A stretch of 64,000 nucleotides of DNA, from sequence record OR449013; one strand, 5' to 3'. This DNA is from Escherichia phage Mangalyan. The notes under the pieces were generated by a model. That model saw only the letters and a program-made list of their open reading frames with translations. It ran no database searches and was not told the DNA's origin. This document shows positions 9,914-19,602 of the stretch, piece after piece; within the stretch, counting starts at the first letter, position 1; each line of letters starts with the position of its first letter. Both the position numbers and the translations under genes were made by a program.

Positions 9914-10582
9914 TTAGATAGCTCCTGCGATAATCAGTGCCCCGTACCAAGTTAACCCGTTGTCGTAGGTTTCCAACTTGAAAATGTCTGTTGCACCAGC
10001 TGTAAATGTTAGGATAGGATCTCTTCCGTAGGACCATTTAACATTACCAGGCCAATAGACTTTGTTGCCGCCAGAGGTCTGAGTAATGCATACGGTTATA
10101 GTTCTCGCCACCCCTTCAAGACCTTCTGTTTGATTTTCAAAAGAGATTGTGGTATTTGAAGTTAGTCGAACCTTAAAGGTATCCGCAACTTCAAGATCCA
10201 TATCAAGCTTACCACCGATAGATCCGTAATCAACTATTCTGCCAGAAGAAGTTGCAGCAAGCTCACCAAAAACAGACCAGGCATTTGCAGACACACCCCC
10301 AGCACCCTCTACAGTGGAGTCTGGGAGGATTATTTTAGGATAATCCCCGTTCCACGTGTAGTAGCGCTTAGTTTCTGGATCATAAGCAAAGTCCTTCTTG
10401 CTCTTAAGATAACCACCCTCTGTGAAATAGACTATTTTAGTAATGCTGAGATCGTTGACAACATCATCAATCTTAGCCTTTCTTGTCCCATCAGTCTGGT
10501 TGACAACCAAGAAGTCATCACTCAGGACTGTTTCTGCATCTTCAAGATCTGGAATTGGTATTGTAGGATAAGCTACAGCCAT
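9914..10582 (-). CDS. tail fibre protein with shared N-terminal anchor domain
   Basis: 222-aa ORF; N-terminus is homologous to the N-terminus of the 1479-aa fibre (DFAY, AWSVF/AWMVY blocks). Confidence 0.5.
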   Translation of the reverse strand: MAVAYPTIPIPDLEDAETVLSDDFLVVNQTDGTRKAKIDDVVNDLSITKIVYFTEGGYLKSKKDFAYDPETKRYYTWNGDYPKIILPDSTVEGAGGVSANAWSVFGELAATSSGRIVDYGSIGGKLDMDLEVADTFKVRLTSNTTISFENQTEGLEGVARTITVCITQTSGGNKVYWPGNVKWSYGRDPILTFTAGATDIFKLETYDNGLTWYGALIIAGAI

Positions 10583-10591
10583 GATTTCTCC

Positions 10592-11308
10592 TTAGTTAAC
10601 ATCGATAGCACGACCAGACTGGTTGGCAATAGCCTCATCATTGGAGGTAGCAATAACACCAGAGTATTCGCGCTCATCTGGAGCAAGAGTCCAGGTATTG
10701 CGGTTAATGGTTTGTTCTGCCTCAGTCATCAGCAGATCTTTATCCTGAGTCAACAGAGAGCCTACAGGGATCGGGTTTTCCATCTCAGGACCAGCATACT
10801 GGTTCCACCATGTGGCATCTCCGGTTCTAGGCAATCTGAAGTTGATCAGGTAGTACAGTTTATTAGCCCACTTAATCCAACCTTCATCATCACAGAGAGA
10901 GGTTGTCCCAGAATCAGGCTGTGGGTAGGTAAACTGATCAAGACCTACAAAAGCCAGCCTTACAATCTCGTTCTCTTTGGTAACAACCTCAAAGAACGCT
11001 TGGTATGTTCTCGATCTTCGATCCATGGTAGACTGGAAGTTTACGATGTTTAGCACATCCGGCTCTTGTCTTGCCACTTCCATAATCTTGTTATCAAGAA
11101 CAGTCTTCATGACCTTCTTACTGAGAAAGTCCATATAAGGGAAGCCAAACAACTCGTCAAAGTACCAGCTCCCCTTCCACGTATTAAACCTCATCCACAA
11201 GCGCTGGCGTAGACTTACCTGGTTTGAATCTATCAACTCAAGACCTTTGTCTATCGCCAAATCGCCTGTCTGTGGGTCCATCAATATATCACTATAAAGC
11301 GTAGCCAT
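10592..11308 (-). CDS. hypothetical baseplate protein
   Basis: 238-aa ORF in baseplate region. Confidence 0.4.
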   Translation of the reverse strand: MATLYSDILMDPQTGDLAIDKGLELIDSNQVSLRQRLWMRFNTWKGSWYFDELFGFPYMDFLSKKVMKTVLDNKIMEVARQEPDVLNIVNFQSTMDRRSRTYQAFFEVVTKENEIVRLAFVGLDQFTYPQPDSGTTSLCDDEGWIKWANKLYYLINFRLPRTGDATWWNQYAGPEMENPIPVGSLLTQDKDLLMTEAEQTINRNTWTLAPDEREYSGVIATSNDEAIANQSGRAIDVN

Positions 11309-11320
11309 GAAAGCCCTCTA

Positions 11321-11998
11321 TTAGTGCGGTCCACTTGTCTCGCCATCAGGGCAAGAGTGGGTATGACCTTTATATTCTGCATAGAATGAATCCAAATCCA
11401 CGCCAGCAGCAGTTATAATTCTACCAGATGGGTCTATTGTAGCACCATTCATTCTGATATTCCCATCCACAGCAGCTCGCAAATTGGCAGCCCCGTTAGT
11501 GAAAGAAAACTCCCCGCTGCTGTCGCACCGTAATGTCCCACCAGGTGTTTGAAGCTCAAAATCGCCAGAAGGTGTCAGTTTAAAATAAACCCTATCATTC
11601 CATAACTCTACGTTATCAGGATCGATCTGTAAGGCGTTTGAGTCTGAATGAACAGAGGTGATTGCCCACCCTGGAAACAGGCCGTGAGTTTGTTGATCGT
11701 CGTTATTGTTTTCATTTCTCTCTGAAAACTGCAATCCTACAACATCTCCAGCCTTAATAGGGAGTGTTAACCTTGCCTTTCCGCTGTTTGCAGACATCAC
11801 CTGAATTGGAACGTCATAGATAAGAGGGTATCTCTCCACATCTCCGTCATCAAACGTAGTTTCAGCTATTGGCTGCACGGCTGCAGAAGGTATACTGTAG
11901 TCTACACTGACAACTCTGGCCCTGATACTGGTGTGGTAGTCCCTCATTATTTTTTCTATAAAAGATCTTACAGCAGCATCTTTCCTATTTATTGCCAT
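11321..11998 (-). CDS. putative baseplate central spike (gpV/gp5-like)
   Basis: 225-aa ORF ending in GHTHSCPDGETSGPH, a C-terminal HxH apex motif as in spike proteins. Confidence 0.4.
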   Translation of the reverse strand: MAINRKDAAVRSFIEKIMRDYHTSIRARVVSVDYSIPSAAVQPIAETTFDDGDVERYPLIYDVPIQVMSANSGKARLTLPIKAGDVVGLQFSERNENNNDDQQTHGLFPGWAITSVHSDSNALQIDPDNVELWNDRVYFKLTPSGDFELQTPGGTLRCDSSGEFSFTNGAANLRAAVDGNIRMNGATIDPSGRIITAAGVDLDSFYAEYKGHTHSCPDGETSGPH

Positions 11999-13002
11999 TA
12001 TACCTCCTCAGTTTTGTCAACAACTCCACCCACTGTTTCCCCAAGGCCAAGCTCTGTAGTGTAATCACCACCTTCTATGGTGCCCTTATGATGCACCGTG
12101 ATCACCTTATAGAAGCCTGTATATTGCTTGCTTTTAAGATAAATAGTGGACTCTGGGAGGATAGCTCCGTTAAGGCATGTGGTTACAGTAAGGCCAACAT
12201 CCTCTCTCGGGTTTTTCTTTTTCTTTTTAGATGTCGAACCACCTTTGGCAGCAGCTTTAGCTTTTCGTTTTTTAGCAGGTTCTGGGTTTTTAGGGGTAGG
12301 AGATCCGTGCATCCCAGACTCTGCACTTATTTCAAACACAGAGTCCTTGAACCTTTTTCCAACCTTGGTCCAATACAAAGCCCCATCCTGAACGCTAAAT
12401 GTTGAGTTGGTCAGCCTTGCAAACCTGCGGAGGTTCTCTGCAGTGTTTCCAGAGAAAGCCATAGAGTATTGCAAAGTCTGGTTTCCAAAACCAACAACCC
12501 TACCTTTTGGCAAGTTCATATCCTTCAGTAAGTCATTAAGCACAGAGTTCAGAGGTGTGCCTTTCTGATAAGATCTTGTGCTTTGGCACTTAATGATGTT
12601 CTCAGTACCATCCCCAAAGATGAACTTAGTTTTTCTGGTCGGACCTTCCCATCTGTCTTCAACAAACTCCACAGTTCCGGAGAATATCAACTGGTTCTCA
12701 TTATCATAGCCAGCTTCAAACATAACTGCAAGGGCATCAGCCTGATGCATATCCAAATAGTTAACTGTATCGTCAGACAGGTTGTAAACTGTCACATAAC
12801 CTTTGTTTGGCTCTTTGGTATTGTCCTTTTGTATGTCAAACTCTATATTGGCAGCACCAGTGTCTGAGCTAACTTCATAAACTCCGGAATCACTCTCCCC
12901 TTTCTTTTCAACAGATTTTGGGATATTGGTTTTTGATTTACCGCCATGTTCTACAGGACGACCAAACAATAATCGCCATGTTCTACGTCTGTACTCTGCC
13001 AT
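11998..13002 (-). CDS. hypothetical baseplate/tail protein with Lys-rich segment
   Basis: 334-aa ORF with internal KKRKAKAAAKGGSTSKKKKK tract. Confidence 0.4.
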   Translation of the reverse strand: MAEYRRRTWRLLFGRPVEHGGKSKTNIPKSVEKKGESDSGVYEVSSDTGAANIEFDIQKDNTKEPNKGYVTVYNLSDDTVNYLDMHQADALAVMFEAGYDNENQLIFSGTVEFVEDRWEGPTRKTKFIFGDGTENIIKCQSTRSYQKGTPLNSVLNDLLKDMNLPKGRVVGFGNQTLQYSMAFSGNTAENLRRFARLTNSTFSVQDGALYWTKVGKRFKDSVFEISAESGMHGSPTPKNPEPAKKRKAKAAAKGGSTSKKKKKNPREDVGLTVTTCLNGAILPESTIYLKSKQYTGFYKVITVHHKGTIEGGDYTTELGLGETVGGVVDKTEEV

Positions 13003-13382
13003 TATTCTAACCCTTGCTGTTCCTTGTAAAGATCAACCGGGGTGCCGTATACAAGTTGTAGCTCAGATCTCGCCCCAAGGTTATATCTTCCAACCCTACC
13101 CCAATATTGATCGTCTTTAAACGACAGCGCCATCAGTCTACCTTTCGGTAAATCATCTCTGTAATGCAGTCCGTCTAAAATATCTTGACAAGCTGTTACT
13201 TTTCTGGTTACTAAAGGGCTGTCACCTACTGGACCAAGAGATAACCACCAGGACTCATCCCTCTCATTCCATTGCATACGCATTTCATACGTTTCATTGT
13301 CTAAAACAACACGCATGGTTTGATCAGGAAAGCCGTCAATGTCCCACACAAAGGTGATTATGCACCAATCTTTAAGCTCCAT
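13002..13382 (-). CDS. hypothetical tail protein
   Basis: 126-aa ORF translationally coupled to neighbours. Confidence 0.4.
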   Translation of the reverse strand: MELKDWCIITFVWDIDGFPDQTMRVVLDNETYEMRMQWNERDESWWLSLGPVGDSPLVTRKVTACQDILDGLHYRDDLPKGRLMALSFKDDQYWGRVGRYNLGARSELQLVYGTPVDLYKEQQGLE

Positions 13383-13393
13383 TATACTCTCCC

Positions 13394-14278
13394 TTATTTC
13401 CCGTTAACTTTGTCGTAGTTTCCCTGCTCAGATGGGACTATGGTAGAAGGTCTTCCATATTCCTGATAATACCAATCCGCAGCCGATTGGGTAACACCGT
13501 TTTCATCTGTCCACATCATGGATTTGTATGGCTGCCACTCTTCTGCAGCATTTGTGGATGCAGTGTCTGCGAATGCTCCTGTGTCCCTCTTGTTACCTAC
13601 GTTACTACCATTCTTACAGTCGTTGACAGCACCTTTTTGTTGGGTCTTGCCTACTTTCTTAGGATTGCTGTATACAGTTGCATTAACAACCTTATTCAAG
13701 TAGAATGTGCGGAACTCTGTAAGTTCTACATCAAACACCATTGCAGCGCCTTCACCAACAGACTTGCTGGCAGAAAGACTGGTTATGATGTAGTTCTCAA
13801 GAAGTTTCTCCTCGGTAACCAAAGAAACCAACTGTCGCTTATTGATAATCTCAGTCAAAGCCTCCAATGCAGCGCCTGGTCGCATAGATGCTGCAGGGTT
13901 TTTAGAGTCAGTATTCCTATCAATGTAGTTTTGCTCATAAATTATATGTGGGGATGTATTTACCCTACCAGTAAAAGAAAATACACCATCTTTAATTACA
14001 GCGTGGTCTGACAGGGTAGATTTATCTTCCACCGCAAAATCAGTCTTATCAACAGAATGTTTGAAAGAGTAGTTCTCAATCTGATCGAAGATGATGGCAA
14101 GATCGTTGGTAAAGTTTTTACCCTTCATCTCCGTATTGCGACCACCATAGTTAAGACCGCTGACAAACATAGTGTACTTTACATCGCTTTCAGTTTGCTG
14201 CTCTGCCTTTTCAGCCTTTGGAGATTTAACCTCTTGAGGCTTGTACAGGTCTTTTTCATCAACTATATTGCTTGGCAT
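13394..14278 (-). CDS. hypothetical tail protein
   Basis: Track ORF 13394-14305; internal ATG at 14278 preferred because it follows a GGAGAGG SD. Confidence 0.4.
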   Translation of the reverse strand: MPSNIVDEKDLYKPQEVKSPKAEKAEQQTESDVKYTMFVSGLNYGGRNTEMKGKNFTNDLAIIFDQIENYSFKHSVDKTDFAVEDKSTLSDHAVIKDGVFSFTGRVNTSPHIIYEQNYIDRNTDSKNPAASMRPGAALEALTEIINKRQLVSLVTEEKLLENYIITSLSASKSVGEGAAMVFDVELTEFRTFYLNKVVNATVYSNPKKVGKTQQKGAVNDCKNGSNVGNKRDTGAFADTASTNAAEEWQPYKSMMWTDENGVTQSAADWYYQEYGRPSTIVPSEQGNYDKVNGK

Positions 14279-14346
14279 AACCTCTCCAGGACACTCCGAT
14301 ACCATCTAGATATTGTATCATAAAATAGCCGTTTTTACAACACCGA

Positions 14347-14371
14347 TAAAATAAAGGGGGCCGGAGCCCCC
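14347..14371 (-). terminator. rho-independent terminator
   Basis: GGGGGCTCCGGCCCCC hairpin then T-run on minus strand, 3' of the tape measure gene. Confidence 0.6.
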
Positions 14372-14382
14372 TGCACAGTTTA

Positions 14383-16719
14383 TTACCAAAGGTCGGTAGA
14401 CATGAAGTTGATATCTTTATTGTTCTCCCACTCAAGTTTTGCATCAAATATTTTGTTAAACTCACCCTCATCTATTGAAATCGTGATTTTCCCATCACTG
14501 ATCTCTAAAGGTAGCATTTCCATAGTCCTTAATTGAGAAGCAAAACCAGGGCCACCTGGCAACGGAAGAGTCCCTCCCGGTAAGGTGTCCAAAGGATTAA
14601 CAAATCCGTTACCTCCCGATATGATATCTTTGCGAATCATATCGCTGATAGTATCCAGCTGCTGATTTCTTTCACTTAGGGGGTTGTAACGGTCATTAAA
14701 TAATTCCCCGGCGCTTAGTATTGTACCGATAATGCCCAGCTTACCGAGCAGACCAACTTTGCCACCAGGTGTCTTGAGGCCACCTCCACCTTTTCCTGCC
14801 GGAGCTCCACCACCAGACCCTTCTGTAGTAGCGGCACCCGCTGCTCCAGCTGCACCCCTTAGAGAGTTAAGGAATTTAAAGGTTTTTACAAGCATGGATG
14901 CCATGACAAAACCTTTTGTTAGGGCGTTGACTACCAGCATGATGGCAGCAGCAAACCCTGCCCATTTAGCATAACTAAAGGTGTCATGAAGCTCTTCAGA
15001 ATATTCCTTCGTCTTAGCTGTTATGAATCCCCATTTAATCCCCCATTCAAGGAAAAACATGCGGATCTTGACTATAGTGTTGTTTAGTTCACCAACTACC
15101 CAGTTAAGACCTCTCACAAACCCGCTAACAAAATCACCAGAGGCATCCCACACAAATTGCAAAGTCTCACCTGTGCGGATCAGTGTATAATAGAACTCTG
15201 TTAGTTCGTCAGACCAACGGGTGAACAGTTTCTGACGAGTCAGTTCGATAAAGGTTTTCAGTCTGTTTTCTGCCAGCACGTTAGACTTCTGCATTCTTTC
15301 ATAACCAGCTGCAGATGCCTCGTTCATGTACTTAGCCACATACTTCATGATCTTGGCTGTTTTAACCTCACCTTTCTTCATCATGTCCATGAACTGATCC
15401 ATGGAGAGTTCAGAAAGACCAAAAGCCTCTTTGGTGGCCTTGATAAAAGGTTCGTATGCACCAGGCAATGCTTCAGCAAGTTGTTGCTTCAGTTCTTCGG
15501 ACATTACTTGCCCTTTACCGAGCATTTGCTGGATTGCCATAATACCGCGCTGGTATTTTACCTCATCGGCACCATAAGCAGCAGCATACTGGGAGTATGC
15601 AGAAAACAGCTCATGCACTTCCTGATTTGTCATCTGGTTTTTGGCGTTTACCGACATCTGGGCGTAACCTTGAAGACCAGATTTGAGATCAAAACCAAGA
15701 CGCATAGCCTCTTGCTGGACAAACGCAACCTCACTGTTGGCTTTGTTTGGATCTCCAGTAACAGCAGTAAGAGCAGCACTTGCCCCCTCCATCATGTGAC
15801 CGGATCTGTTAACCGCAGCAAATCCAGAAAAAGCTGTATACGCAGCTGTTGCATTAATAACAGATCTACGTAAGTCTCTCATGGCATCGCCTAGTGTAAG
15901 CGTTTGGCTGGTGGCGCTTTTAAACCCAGACTGCAGCGCTGACAGGTGGGCGTTAAAGGTTGACTTTTTCATCTCCCCGCGAGCAAACCTAGACTCTAAC
16001 TCTGAGTATCCTGGCAAGCTTCTACGGAATCCGGCCCCATACTTGGCAGAAAGTCTTATCGCGGAGTTGTAGAGGTGGGTTCTTCTTGCCTCACGATCCG
16101 ACATAAGCCTATTATCCATACCAGCTTTACTGTCTCTTCTTAGCTGTCTATGATAACGATTCATAGCGGCTGTCTGAGCTTTCACAAGGTTAGGGTCGGA
16201 AGCCACACCACCCATATTAGGGTTACCGGGAATATATTTGAAAGCTTTGGCATTAGCCAAAACTCTTGCCTTAGGTGCCTTATAACCGCCGTAAGATACT
16301 GGTGCAGATTTGGCAGCCTTTTTGGCCTCTTTAGCTTGCTGCTGGTAGAACTTACGCATCCTAGCCATTTCTGGATTTTTAGCGGTAAGATTACCTACAG
16401 CTTGTTTACGTCTCGCATTCTCCCTACGTTCTATTGCAGCCCTTACTGCAGCCTCTTTCTTGGCCTGTGCTACGCTCTCCCTGTGCAGCTTGGCATTTGC
16501 CTGAGATTGCTGTCTGGCAACCCGCTGCATTGTCTGCTGGGTTTTAACAGCTACCGCCTGCCATCTGCTCATGGGGTTGGCTGAGTTAAAATCTTCGCCC
16601 AGTTTCCTGAACTCCCTCCCAATACTGCGAATTTTCTCTACAGCTTTTTTGTAGGAGGAGTTCTCTATCTCAAAGCCAATCTTGTTGACTGTTGTGGCAA
16701 CTATTTTGTTTGTAGCCAT
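14383..16719 (-). CDS. tail tape measure protein (778 aa)
   Basis: Long ORF directly 3' of the chaperone pair; Ala/Gln/Lys-rich N-terminal helical region and Gly-rich segment; GAGGAA SD. Confidence 0.7.
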   Translation of the reverse strand: MATNKIVATTVNKIGFEIENSSYKKAVEKIRSIGREFRKLGEDFNSANPMSRWQAVAVKTQQTMQRVARQQSQANAKLHRESVAQAKKEAAVRAAIERRENARRKQAVGNLTAKNPEMARMRKFYQQQAKEAKKAAKSAPVSYGGYKAPKARVLANAKAFKYIPGNPNMGGVASDPNLVKAQTAAMNRYHRQLRRDSKAGMDNRLMSDREARRTHLYNSAIRLSAKYGAGFRRSLPGYSELESRFARGEMKKSTFNAHLSALQSGFKSATSQTLTLGDAMRDLRRSVINATAAYTAFSGFAAVNRSGHMMEGASAALTAVTGDPNKANSEVAFVQQEAMRLGFDLKSGLQGYAQMSVNAKNQMTNQEVHELFSAYSQYAAAYGADEVKYQRGIMAIQQMLGKGQVMSEELKQQLAEALPGAYEPFIKATKEAFGLSELSMDQFMDMMKKGEVKTAKIMKYVAKYMNEASAAGYERMQKSNVLAENRLKTFIELTRQKLFTRWSDELTEFYYTLIRTGETLQFVWDASGDFVSGFVRGLNWVVGELNNTIVKIRMFFLEWGIKWGFITAKTKEYSEELHDTFSYAKWAGFAAAIMLVVNALTKGFVMASMLVKTFKFLNSLRGAAGAAGAATTEGSGGGAPAGKGGGGLKTPGGKVGLLGKLGIIGTILSAGELFNDRYNPLSERNQQLDTISDMIRKDIISGGNGFVNPLDTLPGGTLPLPGGPGFASQLRTMEMLPLEISDGKITISIDEGEFNKIFDAKLEWENNKDINFMSTDLW

Positions 16720-16737
16720 GGTTTCCTCATAATAAAA

Positions 16738-16769
16738 AGGGCCAGATCCCAGAAAAGGAATCCGGCCCT
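16738..16769 (-). terminator. terminator-like hairpin between chaperone and tape measure genes
   Basis: Imperfect 12-bp stem (AGGGCCGGATTCC / GGATCTGGCCCT) followed by TTTTTATTATG on minus strand, immediately 5' of the tape measure SD. Confidence 0.4.
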
Positions 16770-16773
16770 TAGA

Positions 16774-17022
16774 TTATCCTCTCCTGCGCTTAGCTTTCGC
16801 AGCAGCTGCGGCAGCCTTCTGCTCCCGCTCCATTTCCCTGTTTTGGACGGTATCTAGGAATTCTTCGATATCAAGATACTCACAGAGCTTCAGGAAATAC
16901 GCCATATCTGCAAGATTTAGCGATTCAAAATTTTCCCCTTTGAAATTCTTGAGCACCCTGCACCAAAGAAAGTCGAACCAGTTGAGTGAACTGTTCTTGG
17001 CTGCCCACTCACTGGCCCTCAC
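16774..17022 (-). CDS. tail assembly chaperone, putative frameshift-extension ORF
   Basis: 82-aa ORF in the -1 frame relative to 17034-17507; that frame is open across the upstream stop. Slippery site not identified. Confidence 0.4.
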   Translation of the reverse strand: MRASEWAAKNSSLNWFDFLWCRVLKNFKGENFESLNLADMAYFLKLCEYLDIEEFLDTVQNREMEREQKAAAAAAKAKRRRG

Positions 17023-17033
17023 AACAACCTTGC

Positions 17034-17507
17034 TTATTCCTGCTCTTCCGGAGTCTGATCCAGGTTGTTCACCTGCTGAATCATACCCATCTGCTGTAAC
17101 ATCTCCAGAAGGCTTCCTAAACCGTCTTGTGTGAAAAAACAGCCGTAGTTAACCTCCAGAACCTTACCTGCCAGCTTAATCATCTCCAGCAGATGCCCTG
17201 CAAACACAACATCCGGGTTAAGCTTATCCACACCATCTACGGTAATATCTTCGAACAAGATTTTAAATAGCTCTTCAATAGAGGTATCATCAAGTTCTTG
17301 GAACAGGTAAGCCAGAGCTGTAGGAAGGACCTCTGCCATATTCTGACCACCAGAGATAATAGATCCACCGATAGCACCTAGCGGGACAGCCACAATCTTA
17401 CCGATTTTAGGCATGTTTTTCATTGCTTTCATCGGTCCCCAGTGGGTGATCACAAAGTTGTGCCCTGCTAAATCAATCTCTGTTGTAGGTCTAAAGTTTA
17501 TAGCCAT
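17034..17507 (-). CDS. tail assembly chaperone
   Basis: 157-aa acidic ORF between tube-like gene and tape measure gene. Confidence 0.5.
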   Translation of the reverse strand: MAINFRPTTEIDLAGHNFVITHWGPMKAMKNMPKIGKIVAVPLGAIGGSIISGGQNMAEVLPTALAYLFQELDDTSIEELFKILFEDITVDGVDKLNPDVVFAGHLLEMIKLAGKVLEVNYGCFFTQDGLGSLLEMLQQMGMIQQVNNLDQTPEEQE

Positions 17508-17550
17508 TTTATAGCATCCTTATTAGTCATGTTGTGCACCATATTTGTGT

Positions 17551-17579
17551 ATTTTACCATGATTATGGTGCATTGTCAA
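17551..17579 (-). promoter_or_regulatory. sigma70-like promoter (TTGACA-17-TAAAAT)
   Basis: Minus-strand TTGACA at 17579-17574 and TAAAAT at 17556-17551, upstream of the chaperone gene. Confidence 0.5.
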
Positions 17580-17620
17580 TTTAACCTTTCAAGCAATTCA
17601 AGAACGTGTGTCAAAACCAT

Positions 17621-17652
17621 AAAAGCAAAAAGCCCCACCCGAAGGTGAGGCT
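17621..17652 (-). terminator. rho-independent terminator
   Basis: AGCCTCACC-TTCG-GGTGGGGCT hairpin plus T-run on minus strand, 3' of the tube-like gene. Confidence 0.6.
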
Positions 17653-17669
17653 TATGCTAAAGTGTGCCC

Positions 17670-18143
17670 TTAGATAATACCTGCAAGACCTGCTAGGCCA
17701 GTAAGAGCACCAGTGATGTTATCACGGTTGAGCCATGCATCCAGAATACCGATATCCCAGTCCAGTTGACCTACTTCGGTTCCGTAAGTCAGGTCAGGCT
17801 GTTTCTGGATCCAACCGATTGTGGAAATACCAGGACCCTGGCTACCTTCCAGCAGAACCGGGAAGAATACCAGACCAGTAATCGATGCCTGTTTCTGCCA
17901 GTCAGAAAGGTAAGCGTTCCATACAGAAGTGTTCTGCAAAGATACAGTCATAACACCAGATTGGTTACGAGACAGGGCCGCAGACATTTCGCCATCCACA
18001 CCAACGTGAGGGTAGATGTTGTCTTCGTTTCTTGAAACAACGATCTTGGTGTCAGCAGCGAAGCCAGTGACACGCTGCTGCATCAGGTACAGTTTGACCT
18101 TTTTAGGATCATAAGCATAAGGAGTTAAAATTTGAGTTTCCAT
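17670..18143 (-). CDS. putative tail tube protein
   Basis: 157-aa ORF directly 3' of the sheath-like gene. Confidence 0.45.
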   Translation of the reverse strand: METQILTPYAYDPKKVKLYLMQQRVTGFAADTKIVVSRNEDNIYPHVGVDGEMSAALSRNQSGVMTVSLQNTSVWNAYLSDWQKQASITGLVFFPVLLEGSQGPGISTIGWIQKQPDLTYGTEVGQLDWDIGILDAWLNRDNITGALTGLAGLAGII

Positions 18144-18153
18144 CTAGTCTTCC

Positions 18154-19530
18154 TTATTCAGTCATTGCAACAGCATTGGTGGATTTAGAACCAACTTTGT
18201 CCAGAAGGACGTTGATCCGGATACGAACGAAGTGCAGGGCGTTGTTATACACCAGTTCTACTTTCACACCTTCCAGAACACGAGCAGCCAACTGATTGGT
18301 TGGAATCTCTGCACGTTTAGGAACTGTGATGATCGGGTCGTAGAACACATTGTTGTCTTCGTCAAAACCTGTCAGGATCGCACCATTCTTAATGCCAGTG
18401 TTGATTGGGTTGTTCATCAGGACAGACTTGATAACCGGAAGATCATCATCAGACATCTTCATGCTTAAACCCATGTTGGAGCGACGATGCATGTACCCAA
18501 ACATAGATTCTTCAGATCTGAACTTGATCCAGTGTGCAAAACGAATAGCGTCTGCATACTGACCTGAAGCACACTTACCTTCCCAGAAAGCACCAACACC
18601 GTTAATCATTCTGTAGAAGTTAACGTGGTTTTCCCAAATAGCCATACGCTGAGTTAAAGTCAGAGACGGTGCAATCACACCTGGCATCTGTTTTAAGTGC
18701 AAGCTGTCGCCGTAAGACGGATCGTTGGATGCCATAGCACCTATGATACCACCCTCCGGGAAGTCCTTATCTGCACGAGGATCGTACATGCCGACACTGT
18801 CATATTGTGCAGCTTTCAGTTTGGTGGCGATGTTATTATCTTTACCCGTCACATCTTCTGCAGTAGAGTAGACATGCAGCTTGTAGTTAGCCTGAGCCCA
18901 CTTAGCACATGCTTCAATGTCGGTGTGGTCTTCATGGCACAGGAAGTACCAATTGTCACGCTCAGCATTGATCTTATCAACTACTGTAGAAGGTTTTTCA
19001 GCATTGGCGATATTTTTGATTGTATAGTTACCAGTATGGTAACCAACAGTACAGTCACCAGTGATGGTGAGAACACCTTCAGAAGCCTCTACAGTGATAT
19101 CGTCCAAGTTATCATCTGCTTCGATTTTAGTCTTCATTGACTCTGCAATCTGAGTTGCAGCTGTTCCACCAGAGATAGGGACTATCAAAGAGGTATTGTA
19201 GCTACCTTTTGCAATAGTCATTACGACATCGGTATCAGCTGCGGCAGCAATACCTTTAAAATCTACAGTGGTCTTTTCTTTGGCCTGTCTGCCGATCATA
19301 ACGTATTGTGGAGGGAATACACCACCAAAAGCTTTTGCTGCAAACTCATACGCTGCAGAGCCTTGTGCGAAACCATCTTCCACCATCTGATCCAGCTCTG
19401 CATATACGCGAGCTCGCTCAGTAAAGTTGTTGTGGATAGCGATGAACAGGGGAGTTTCGAAACCTACAGTGTCAATAGGCTGGGTTCCGAGGTTAACTGT
19501 AACATCTACCACTTTATCTAAATATGGCAT
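18154..19530 (-). CDS. tail sheath-like protein (458 aa)
   Basis: ATG with AGAGGAAA SD; size and C-terminal G-x-G...W-x-G pattern resemble contractile sheath proteins. Could instead be a large tube protein. Confidence 0.45.
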   Translation of the reverse strand: MPYLDKVVDVTVNLGTQPIDTVGFETPLFIAIHNNFTERARVYAELDQMVEDGFAQGSAAYEFAAKAFGGVFPPQYVMIGRQAKEKTTVDFKGIAAAADTDVVMTIAKGSYNTSLIVPISGGTAATQIAESMKTKIEADDNLDDITVEASEGVLTITGDCTVGYHTGNYTIKNIANAEKPSTVVDKINAERDNWYFLCHEDHTDIEACAKWAQANYKLHVYSTAEDVTGKDNNIATKLKAAQYDSVGMYDPRADKDFPEGGIIGAMASNDPSYGDSLHLKQMPGVIAPSLTLTQRMAIWENHVNFYRMINGVGAFWEGKCASGQYADAIRFAHWIKFRSEESMFGYMHRRSNMGLSMKMSDDDLPVIKSVLMNNPINTGIKNGAILTGFDEDNNVFYDPIITVPKRAEIPTNQLAARVLEGVKVELVYNNALHFVRIRINVLLDKVGSKSTNAVAMTE

Positions 19531-19602
19531 TTGTTTCCTCTTAATATCTGTGCACGGATATCAAACACGCAGTGTAATCATTACACTACACAATTATAAC
19601 GA

